From positions 1-64,000 of IMG/VR virus record IMGVR_UViG_3300045988_144119: a DNA stretch of 64,000 bases. One strand, 5' to 3'. How positions within the stretch are numbered: the stretch's first letter is position 1; every line of letters begins with the position of its first letter. This stretch comes from a virus. Under the pieces are notes generated by a model, which saw nothing but the letters and a program-made list of their open reading frames with translations, did not search any database and had not been told where the DNA came from. Position numbers and translations under genes: made by a program. Positions 26,714 through 35,600 of the stretch are shown here, in pieces.

Positions 26714-27379
26714 TTATTTTTCTTCTCTGTGCGACTGCTTCCTTACGACAGCAACCACATCGGCAAAGTCATCGGTCTTTCCCTTACCGCCTCCCGTGCC
26801 GCCTGGAGTGATGTCGGGTGGAGTGTTAGCATTAAACTTATTGTAGCTCTTGACCAGTCTTTCTGTAAGAGCGTCAACGTCAGTTTCAGAATCAATGTGA
26901 ATCAGTTCAAGCTGGTCGTTAATCCAATCCTCGTTCTTGACTTCTTTCCCTTTTAAGGCTGATTTGAGTTGATTGCGTTTCTCGGAAATAGTTTTGGCTC
27001 TTTTCTCTTCCTCACGTTCTGATTTCAAGTCTTGGAGTTCTTTGAGCAACTTATCCAGTTTGCTTTCGTCTCCTTTGTTATCCTTGTAATCATCCTTATC
27101 TCCCTTATCATCCTTTGCGGGGTGATTCTTTTCCCACTCCTTTACGAATTTTGAATTGTCGTTCCTGATGTTGTTGTCGTCCTCTTGGAAGTCCTCCAGA
27201 TAATCGGCAACCGCATCATCCAATTCCAACTCGTCATTACCACTCGCTTTCTCCAACCGCTTGTAGATCCTTTCCACCTTGCCGTTGAAACTTCTCTCAC
27301 TCATCGCCAAGTTTTTCTTGCCGTTGTTAGTGATTCCTGCTTTCAGTGCTTCTGAAAGCTGTTCTTTCGTAAACTTCAT
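26714..27379 (-). CDS. Scaffolding protein
   Basis: 221-aa, highly charged and coiled-coil (KLDKLLKELQDLKSEREEEKRAKTISEKRNQLK). First gene of the leftward head operon. Confidence 0.6.
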   Translation of the reverse strand: MKFTKEQLSEALKAGITNNGKKNLAMSERSFNGKVERIYKRLEKASGNDELELDDAVADYLEDFQEDDNNIRNDNSKFVKEWEKNHPAKDDKGDKDDYKDNKGDESKLDKLLKELQDLKSEREEEKRAKTISEKRNQLKSALKGKEVKNEDWINDQLELIHIDSETDVDALTERLVKSYNKFNANTPPDITPGGTGGGKGKTDDFADVVAVVRKQSHREEK

Positions 27380-27458
27380 ACACTATATGTTTTATAATGA
27401 TTATATGCGAAAGTAATGCTTTAACAAAAAGATATAACTATAAAAAAATCACTGTATT

Positions 27459-27475
27459 TATCACTATGATAAATA
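27459..27475. promoter_or_regulatory. TATCAC-nn-TGATAAATA motif in the divergent late control region
   Basis: TATCACTATGATAAATA lies between the scaffold (-) and terL (+) genes. TATCACAGTGATAAATA occurs at 8161-8177, upstream of the early operon. Confidence 0.3.
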
Positions 27476-27528
27476 GACATTGGTTTAAGTATATATTACC
27501 TTGTTATTAAGAGGTATTTTTGCTTTTG

Positions 27529-29151
27529 ATGAAAGAGCAAGAAGTACATAATGCGATAGTGAAGAAACCTTTCCCAGGTTTCCAAACCTACTTTGCTTCA
27601 ACGAACGTGGATATATCTTTCGGTGCCGGCGGGGTCGGAAACGGGAAGTCATACTCTCTTGTTCTTGGATTCGCTGAACCGTTAATGCTTGACCCTGATT
27701 TTAGATGCTTAATAAGTCGTAGAAGCCTTGGGAACCAAAAAGCAGGAGGAGGATTTGTTGATACATTCAAGGACATATTCGGGGGATATGTAAAAGTTAA
27801 AGAGGCAGACACGCCACGTATATCATTTCAAAGTGGAGCGTACTGCGATTTGACTTATATAGACCCAACGAATATAGACAGAATGAGGGAGCGTGCGAAA
27901 GGATGGCAGTACGATGCGATTGCCATTGATGAGCTTACCGAAATGCCTTGGGAGGTATTTACGTACATTCAATCCCGTAATCGTGGAAAAAGCAAAACAT
28001 TTACGGGGAAATTCCGTGCGACATTCAATCCTAAACGCACCCATTGGACGAGAAGATTCATAGATTGGTATGTTGGAGTTGACGGGAAGGGTATCCCTGA
28101 TAGAATAGGAAAAGTCAGATTCTTTTTTGTTGCTGGGTCTACCGTTGATGATGTGATTTGGGGAGATTCAAAAGAAGAAGTTTACGCTAAGTGCAAGATA
28201 CAGATAGACAGTTTGATTAAAGACTTGAAAGGAAAAGCAAAATATCAAGACTTTATCAAATCGTTTACCTTATACGAGGGCACAGTTGATGAAAATGAAG
28301 CTCTAATGGAAGGCAATGCAGGGTACGTTGGTTCAGTTGCCGCTTCTGGTACACGCTCTGCTGCTGGGCTTATCGGTGTAAACTATAATGCAGACCCAGA
28401 TTCTGACGAAAAGATACCTATCCCTTCCACTTCCGCACAAGGCGTGTTCAACAACAACCCTGCCGTAAACGGTGACAAATGGATTACCGTGGATTTGGCG
28501 GATTACGGTACGGATAATCTCGTGGCTCTGGCATGGGATGGATTTCACGCATACGACATTCTCATTCTTAGCAAGTCCACTCCGAGAGAAAACGCTATGG
28601 CAGTGAAGACATTTGCATTTGAGCATGGAACAGCCGAAAGCCATATCATTTTTGACGCGACTGCCGGAAGGTACTTCAATGATTACATTCCCGATGCAGT
28701 ACCTTATATCTCGCTAAATAAACCTTTCGGGCTTTACCAACTTACCGCAATGACAGTCAAGGATATGTGCTATATCAGATTATGCAAGATGATAGAGGAA
28801 GGCAACTTGACATTTGACGATAAACTTGCCGTTCAGACTTACACTCATCAAAACTTGAAATACAAAGTGACGGTTGAGAACGAGTTTATGGAAGAATGTT
28901 CCGTTGTGCGATTTGACGATATGCAGAGTGGGAAGAAGCGGCTTTGGAACAAGAAGAAAATGAATCAGATGTTAGGGAAAGGCAGGTCAATGGACTTGTT
29001 AGACCCATGCGCTATGAGAATGCTTCCGTGCGCTAACATTGAATACGGGAATGAGATTCAAGCAGGGTATTACAATCACGAGGAAGAAACCAAACAAGCG
29101 AGCCATGCACAGACAGAAGGAAGTATTTACGATGAACATTTATGGTATTAG
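27529..29151 (+). CDS. terL: Terminase large subunit
   Basis: Walker A FGAGGVGNGKSYS and Walker B YDAIAIDELTEM, with a C-terminal nuclease-sized domain. The track start at 27520 is TTG; the first ATG is 27529. Confidence 0.85.
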   Translation: MKEQEVHNAIVKKPFPGFQTYFASTNVDISFGAGGVGNGKSYSLVLGFAEPLMLDPDFRCLISRRSLGNQKAGGGFVDTFKDIFGGYVKVKEADTPRISFQSGAYCDLTYIDPTNIDRMRERAKGWQYDAIAIDELTEMPWEVFTYIQSRNRGKSKTFTGKFRATFNPKRTHWTRRFIDWYVGVDGKGIPDRIGKVRFFFVAGSTVDDVIWGDSKEEVYAKCKIQIDSLIKDLKGKAKYQDFIKSFTLYEGTVDENEALMEGNAGYVGSVAASGTRSAAGLIGVNYNADPDSDEKIPIPSTSAQGVFNNNPAVNGDKWITVDLADYGTDNLVALAWDGFHAYDILILSKSTPRENAMAVKTFAFEHGTAESHIIFDATAGRYFNDYIPDAVPYISLNKPFGLYQLTAMTVKDMCYIRLCKMIEEGNLTFDDKLAVQTYTHQNLKYKVTVENEFMEECSVVRFDDMQSGKKRLWNKKKMNQMLGKGRSMDLLDPCAMRMLPCANIEYGNEIQAGYYNHEEETKQASHAQTEGSIYDEHLWY

Positions 29152-29190
29152 GATGGCACTTATATGCCTCACAGAACATAATAATTATAT

Positions 29191-30372
29191 ATGTATATGC
29201 AGCGAGTAGAACGACATATTATCATTGGTAACAAGTACTTGGACAGGCTTTGTTTCCTATCCAAGAATTTGTACAACTACGCAAACTATATGATTCGTCA
29301 GGAGTTTACGAAGAGTGGTAAGTTGCTTCCTGAATACGGATTGACAGCTTTACTTGCCAAGGAAAAACAAATGGATTATACATCTCTTCCTGCGAAGACC
29401 AGTCAACAGGTTGTTGCTCTTCTATTCAAGAATTGGAAGTCGTTTTTTAAACTATGTAAATGCAAGGACAAGCTTAATGGTAAACCGAAACCTCCGAAGT
29501 ATAAACATAAGACGAAAGGACGAAATATAGTCGTATTCACCTATCAGCAATGCAAGTTGAAGGACGGATACATTCACTTTCCGAAGAAAGTAAACATACA
29601 ACCGTTAAGAACAAAAGTAACTAATTTGCGTCAGGTTCGCATTATCCCGCAATGTAGTTGCCATATCATAGAAGTAGTATATGAAAAAGAAAGTATTGAA
29701 ACCACCGGACTTGAACCAAACTCTTATTTAAGTATTGACTTGGGATTGAACAACCTTGCAACTTCCTATGATTCGCTATGTCATAAGAGCTTTATCATAA
29801 ATGGCAGAATATTGAAATCCATAAACCAATACTTCAACAAGAGGAAAACTAAGTTAATGAGTTTCATTGGAGGGAAAGGTACAAGTAGGCGAATAGGGAA
29901 ACTAACACTAAAGCGGAATTGTAAAGTGAATGACTATATGCACAAGACTTCCCGATTTATTGTAAACTATTGTATTGATAATCATATTGATACTATTGTA
30001 ATAGGTAATAACAAAGATTGGAAGCAGCAAATAAATATGGGGAAACGTAACAATCAAAACTTTGTCAGCATCCCATTTGAAAAGCTAATCTCTCAGATAC
30101 AGTACAAGTCCGAAGAAGTGGGAATTAAGGTCGTAATAACCGAAGAAAGTTATACTTCCAAAATAGACCACTACGCAGGCGAAGAGATGTGTCAACATGA
30201 AACATATTTAGGTAAGCGCATACAAAGAGGTCTATTCCGTAGCAGTACAGGTAAAATCCTGAATGCTGATCTAAACGGAGCGATAGGGATTTTAAGAAAA
30301 GTAGTTGGCGAAAGCATCTCGCAAGTAGTCAATAGAGGGGGAGTGGAGACCCCAACGAGATTGCTGGTGTAA
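29191..30372 (+). CDS. tnpB: TnpB (IS605 OrfB-type RNA-guided endonuclease)
   Basis: RuvC triad contexts LSIDLGLNNLAT (D), VVITEESYTSK (E) and ILNADLNGAIGILRK (D). The usual CxxC...CxxC zinc finger between E and D is absent. Confidence 0.85.
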   Translation: MYMQRVERHIIIGNKYLDRLCFLSKNLYNYANYMIRQEFTKSGKLLPEYGLTALLAKEKQMDYTSLPAKTSQQVVALLFKNWKSFFKLCKCKDKLNGKPKPPKYKHKTKGRNIVVFTYQQCKLKDGYIHFPKKVNIQPLRTKVTNLRQVRIIPQCSCHIIEVVYEKESIETTGLEPNSYLSIDLGLNNLATSYDSLCHKSFIINGRILKSINQYFNKRKTKLMSFIGGKGTSRRIGKLTLKRNCKVNDYMHKTSRFIVNYCIDNHIDTIVIGNNKDWKQQINMGKRNNQNFVSIPFEKLISQIQYKSEEVGIKVVITEESYTSKIDHYAGEEMCQHETYLGKRIQRGLFRSSTGKILNADLNGAIGILRKVVGESISQVVNRGGVETPTRLLV

Positions 30373-30397
30373 TCTCGCAAATAAGTACCATTAGGAT
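30250..30397 (+). ncRNA. Predicted omega/reRNA scaffold of the TnpB element (approximate position)
   Basis: Inferred from TnpB biology: the scaffold overlaps the tnpB 3' end up to the right end. A hairpin GAGATT-GCTGGTGT-AATCTC is seen at 30357-30376. Confidence 0.3.
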
Positions 30398-30922
30398 ATG
30401 ATAAGCTATAACGACATAAAGGATATTATCAATTCCCTTAAAACAGAAGGAATTGAAGCAAGGGTAAGAGATGTTGCCTATTTGGTAATGTGTGATTCTT
30501 TCGTAGATAAGGATCTTGCTGCAAAGGTTGCTTACCAAGAAGATGAAAAGCCTTCAAACAAGGTGTTATCCACGCTTGCCGAGAAACTGAAATCTTTCGG
30601 CATCGGTGCTATCACTACCATATCTAAAGATGAGAACCGAGAAGCGTTGCTGAAAGAAATATCGGAGATGAAACAGATTGCTGACGATGCGAAAGCAAGT
30701 GGAGATTCAGACACTTTTATCAAAGCAAGTAAGGTCGTGTTGGATGCACGCGTGAAGCTGAACGATAAATTCAATATTGAAGAGAAAGAGGGGCAGAAGC
30801 GAATAATCGTTGTTCCGCAGAAGCACGACATTATCTGCAAATGGACTTCGAGAGAGTGTTCTGCAATGCCGAGCAAGGAAGCCTGCATGAAGTATTACAA
30901 CCTAATTGATGCGGAAAAATGA
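30398..30922 (+). CDS. Hypothetical protein (174 aa), possible small terminase by position only
   Basis: ORF between terL/TnpB and the portal gene. No TerS candidate exists upstream of terL. Confidence 0.5.
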   Translation: MISYNDIKDIINSLKTEGIEARVRDVAYLVMCDSFVDKDLAAKVAYQEDEKPSNKVLSTLAEKLKSFGIGAITTISKDENREALLKEISEMKQIADDAKASGDSDTFIKASKVVLDARVKLNDKFNIEEKEGQKRIIVVPQKHDIICKWTSRECSAMPSKEACMKYYNLIDAEK

Positions 30923-32439
30923 CACGGGAAGAGAAAAAAACATATCTATTGCGGAACGTAAATGCCTTGTTGCAGAAGAAACCGTTTTTCAGAGGAAGTG
31001 ACACTTGCTCTACAAACGACTATTCCGACGGTCAGTCCGCAGCTATTACCGATACACGCACGGCAAGGCTTCCGAATGTAAAAAAGAATATCGTTTCGCA
31101 GGAAAAGTTTCTGAAAGAACTTGACCCGATGAGCCATGAGGTATTATTTGATCAAAACTTGCCGAGCATTTGCGTGAAGTTAGAAGATGGGGGATATCAG
31201 GAAATCAAGTTCCAGCGCACGGCATTAGCTTTCCAAGAACAGATACTGGCGAGCCACGTAATCTACCTTTGCGGGAATCCCTGTACATTGTCTTTAAGAG
31301 GTGGCACTCCTTCCGAGAAAGATAAAGCCAACTATTCCACAATCAAAGAGTATTGGGTAGACAGGAATATGGATGGATGGCGTACAAAGGCAGTCCGTTC
31401 GCAACTTGCAACAGGCGATGCAGGACTTCTGTTTTATTATGACTATAAAGGACGTATCAAGTGCCGCCTGATAAGTTATGAAGATGGTTACGTAATCATA
31501 TCACACAATGACAACAACGGTGACAGGCTTCTTGAAAGTGTCTACTATGCCGATGCGGACGGTGTGGAATACATTGACAGTTACGATGATACCTACATGT
31601 ACCGTATGCACACACCGATAGACGGTGAAGAAGCAGGCGAGGACGGTTTTGTAAGAGAACTTCCTATATTGCACGGTTTCAGTGAGATACCATTGTGTAC
31701 CAAACGTGGTAATGTGGCGTGGAACAACGGACAGAGTCTTATCGAGATTTACGAGATTATCTACAACATCTTCTTTGTCATTCAGAAACGGAACGGCTGG
31801 GGCATTCTGTATATTAAAGGCAATCTGTCAGAAACGACAAAGAAACTTGCAGGGAGTATCATTTTGCAAGACAAGTCAATGGACGGTAACGGAAGTGCAG
31901 AGTTCAAAGCACCGCCCAGTCCGCAAGGTATGCTTGACAGTCTGCAAGATTTGTTCGAGAAGATACAGATAAACACCTCATGCACATTTCTTTTGCCTAA
32001 AGATGTCAAGTCAAGTGGTGACATAAGCGGACTGGCTATTACGCTGACCCGTGATTTAGATTTGAAGAATGCCCAGCAAGGGGTTATCGAGTGGCAGAAT
32101 TTTGCAGACAAGATGATGCGCCTGTTCAAGGAGGGATTAGCCAAAGAATTGGTAAAAAAAGGCGAGAACGTAAATGCCATTACAGAATTTGACAAACTTC
32201 GTGTCAGCTGTAAGTTCAAGATATGGCAGCCGTTCAGTGCAACTGAGTATAACAACATGCTTATCTCAATGAAACAGGCTGGTATTCTCTCCACGAAAAC
32301 GGCTATCGAAAAGAACACGGAGAGCACACCCGATGAGGAGCAACGAGTGACTAAGGAAGTTAAGGAAGCAGAAGAAAAGGTGATTGCCCAACAGCAAGCC
32401 AACAAAACGAACAAGCAGGAAGGAGGTAATAATGAATAA
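30919..32439 (+). CDS. Portal protein
   Basis: 506-aa ORF next to terL, with size and acidic C-terminus typical of SPP1-type portals. Confidence 0.65.
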   Translation: MTREEKKTYLLRNVNALLQKKPFFRGSDTCSTNDYSDGQSAAITDTRTARLPNVKKNIVSQEKFLKELDPMSHEVLFDQNLPSICVKLEDGGYQEIKFQRTALAFQEQILASHVIYLCGNPCTLSLRGGTPSEKDKANYSTIKEYWVDRNMDGWRTKAVRSQLATGDAGLLFYYDYKGRIKCRLISYEDGYVIISHNDNNGDRLLESVYYADADGVEYIDSYDDTYMYRMHTPIDGEEAGEDGFVRELPILHGFSEIPLCTKRGNVAWNNGQSLIEIYEIIYNIFFVIQKRNGWGILYIKGNLSETTKKLAGSIILQDKSMDGNGSAEFKAPPSPQGMLDSLQDLFEKIQINTSCTFLLPKDVKSSGDISGLAITLTRDLDLKNAQQGVIEWQNFADKMMRLFKEGLAKELVKKGENVNAITEFDKLRVSCKFKIWQPFSATEYNNMLISMKQAGILSTKTAIEKNTESTPDEEQRVTKEVKEAEEKVIAQQQANKTNKQEGGNNE

Positions 32440-32683
32440 ACAAGTGATAAACATAGATGCCAACTTCATTAAAGAGATTGCCAAAATGCAAGAGCGAATT
32501 GATGAAACAGATAACGCAATTTTCAATCTATTCATGAAGATACAAGACGTTAATCGACTTGATATTATGTATGATGGTGAGAATAGAGATCTGTACCATC
32601 ACATTTATATGTTCATCGAATATGTCCTGCATAAGTTTCCAAATATATACGAAGAATTCAGAGAAAACAAACAACACAAGTAA
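32432..32683 (+). CDS. Hypothetical protein (83 aa)
   Basis: The internal ATG (MNKQVINID) is preceded by AGGAGG. It overlaps the portal stop and the next gene's start. Confidence 0.5.
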   Translation: MNKQVINIDANFIKEIAKMQERIDETDNAIFNLFMKIQDVNRLDIMYDGENRDLYHHIYMFIEYVLHKFPNIYEEFRENKQHK

Positions 32684-35600
32684 TGGAGAAACTGAGCCTA
32701 TACATATACAAGCTGGATACACATGGGGAAAAAGTCAAATTTCCCAACGAAACCATGTCTGCAAAGCTGGGTGAATACACTTACACGGCACAGCGCATGG
32801 CCGGCACTCCTACGCTTACCGCCACGCTCAACTATCCGTCTTGCTTGGATGAAGAGTGGACTGGAGAGGAATTTGTGGAGTTCAGAGGTGAGAGATACTA
32901 TGTCGACCAAACCCCTACATCTTCAAAGGACAACAAGAGCATTATGTATAAGCATGAACTCCAGTTCGTTTCAGAACGTATCGTATTGGAGAACGTGTAT
33001 TTCATGGATGTGGTGACAACTGGAACAGATACTTATCATTCCAACTCTACTTCTGTGAAGTTCATGGGAGACATAAACGAGTTTGTAGGTCGCCTTAACG
33101 CTTCAATGGCAAAATCGGGTATCGGATATTCGGTAGTCATAGATGATGATATCACTTCCGATTCCAAACTTGTTTCACTTGACAATGTGTATCTTGCAGA
33201 AGCGTTACAATCCATATATACCATATACGAACTTCCTTATTACTTTGTAGGTAAGGTTTGTCACATAGGATATACAGAGAATGTAATTTCTACTCCCTTC
33301 GAGTATAAGAAAGGGCTTGTATCAATAAAAAAGACAAACGCCAATTATAAAATTGTCAATCGCGTTACTGGTGTTGGTAGCTCTGATAATATCCCTTTCT
33401 ACTATCCGAATGATGATGAAAAAGGTACTATAGAACGTACACAAAACCTTATGCCTTCCATTTACAGACAAACAAATGGAGCGGAAAGATTCTACAATGC
33501 GCTTAACGACACGTATAAGATACCCGGCACAAATGATTACTACTCTTTCAAAAATACATTTTCTTCTAAGAAGGTAAAAGAGATAAAGGTAGATTTCAGC
33601 GATATAAAGCCTACCATAGAAAATGTGACAAACGCTTCGGGACAGTTATTTGGTGAGATTGCGGATATTGCTTTTGATGCTAATGATAGTGACGAACTCG
33701 GAACCGGAGAAGGGAATAATATATTCAATGATACAGATGAGTATGTACATTCTTATTTCTACATAAAATTACATATATATAATGGAGATTACGGCTTTAA
33801 CCTGTTCGAACAGGGTTTGGAGGGTGGTACGGCTGTAATCAATATGACTACGGGTAATTGCGCTGCTTGCGAGTTTGAAATAGGAGTTACCTATAAGGAC
33901 AATGAACCGGGAAGGGCATTCAACCCTGTATTGGTGGATTCTTCCGGGAACTTACCGGCAGGAGATTTTGAGCAGAAGGTTACTTCACAACCATCCCAAT
34001 ATGTAGAAAGCCAACAAAACACTTCTACAAATGAAGTTTGGATTGCAGTAAAAAAGGACAATACCACTTTCGGAATTGTTATGCCTAATGCCACCAATAA
34101 CTATAAGCCTTCTGTCGGGGATAAATTTGTGATTACAGGCATTAAGATGCCCAAGTCCCTTGTACTCGCTGCTGAGAAGAGATTGGATGAAGCATTGATA
34201 AAGTATATGTCAGAGAATAATGACGAAAAATTCACATTCTATGTCAATTTTTCCAGAGTATTTCTTGCAGACAATATTCAATTAGCAGAATTACTAAATG
34301 AGAATGTTCGCATGTATATAAAATACAACGAACATGAGTATCTTATGTATGTAAATTCATTTACTTGTAAAGCGGACAAAAATTGCTTATATGACATATC
34401 TGTTGAATTAACAGACAAATTATCTGCAAATGTTTCTGCATTACGAAGTACTATTACAGAAATTGCAGGCGATATCATAGGTAATACATTGGGAGGAAAT
34501 AGTATTTCTACTACTGATATCTTAGCAAAAGTCTCTCGACATTTTCTCAGTAAAACACAAGATGACCGTACCCCGCACAAGTTATCCTCTGACAAAGCTT
34601 TTGAAATAGGGAAATTTGTCAGTGGTAGTACAGGTGGTATCATAATGGTTGATAAGGAAACAGGTCAAACCTATGCGGAGGTTGATAAACTGAAAGTCCG
34701 CATGAAAGCCTATTTCGAATCACTGGAGATACAAAATGTAAATTCTGTAGGTGGAAAGATAGTTCTAACTCCGGGTGGTGCTGTTACGCTTATTGATGTT
34801 TGGACCAAGGGCACCATTGAACAAACGCCCATACTTTCAATGGCAGACGGGAATCCTATATTGCTTGCAGATGGCAGTGAACTCCAATTGATGGATAAAG
34901 AAACGGTAGACAATGGCGTTCCCGAAGGCGTGTACAGATGTTTCTTCCTTGCCGAGCAGGACGGTGTGGAAGTGGAGAACCGCTTCCGTGCAGGCTTCCA
35001 GGTACAGAGCAAAAACTTCAACATACAAAAACCGGGAGAATACCAACAGGTAGCGAACCATTATTATTGGCGTTTATGTGTAGGGGCAAGCAAAGAGCCT
35101 ATCAATGTCGGTATATACAAATTACACTATATTGACCTCAGCATGGCGGATTGCGACACAGGCAGTGACATTCCGGCAAAGGGTGATACTGTAGCCCACC
35201 TTGGTGCACGAATCAAATGGAAAGGCATTGACAACAAGGACGTGACGGATGAAAGCAATATTGACGCACAGAATGCCATTGTTTTCTCTTCTACCGATGT
35301 GTTCAGCCCGAGTGTTACTCTGTATCACGGTATAGACTCCTACTCCTACTTGAACAAGGAGTATGTTGAGTATGGCGTAGACAAAACTAACAACAAGGCA
35401 TTCTTCCATGTGTACGGTGATACATACGTTGGAGACCGTGACGGCAAGAGCTATGTGAAATTCACCCAAGGTGAAGGTGTGGAAATAAAGGGCAAGCTCT
35501 CTGTGGGCACCACTATCGGTAACGGTGATACCATTGAAGACGCCCTCAAGAAAGCTTCCGAGAAGTACAAAGAGGACTTGGGCCCTCTGAAAGAGTACAT

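Larger units (their letters stand above)
29155..30397 (+). mobile_element. Solo TnpB element (IS200/IS605-family derivative without tnpA), 1243 bp
   Basis: Flanked by the 8-bp direct repeat ATTAGGAT (29147-29154 and 30390-30397). Removing 29155-30397 leaves terL TAG, then GAT, then the ATG of the next gene. Confidence 0.65.

Noticed and set aside
31782-32414. A 210-aa minus-strand ORF inside the portal gene.
   Set aside because: It is antisense to the portal ORF, has no upstream signals and has shadow-ORF composition.
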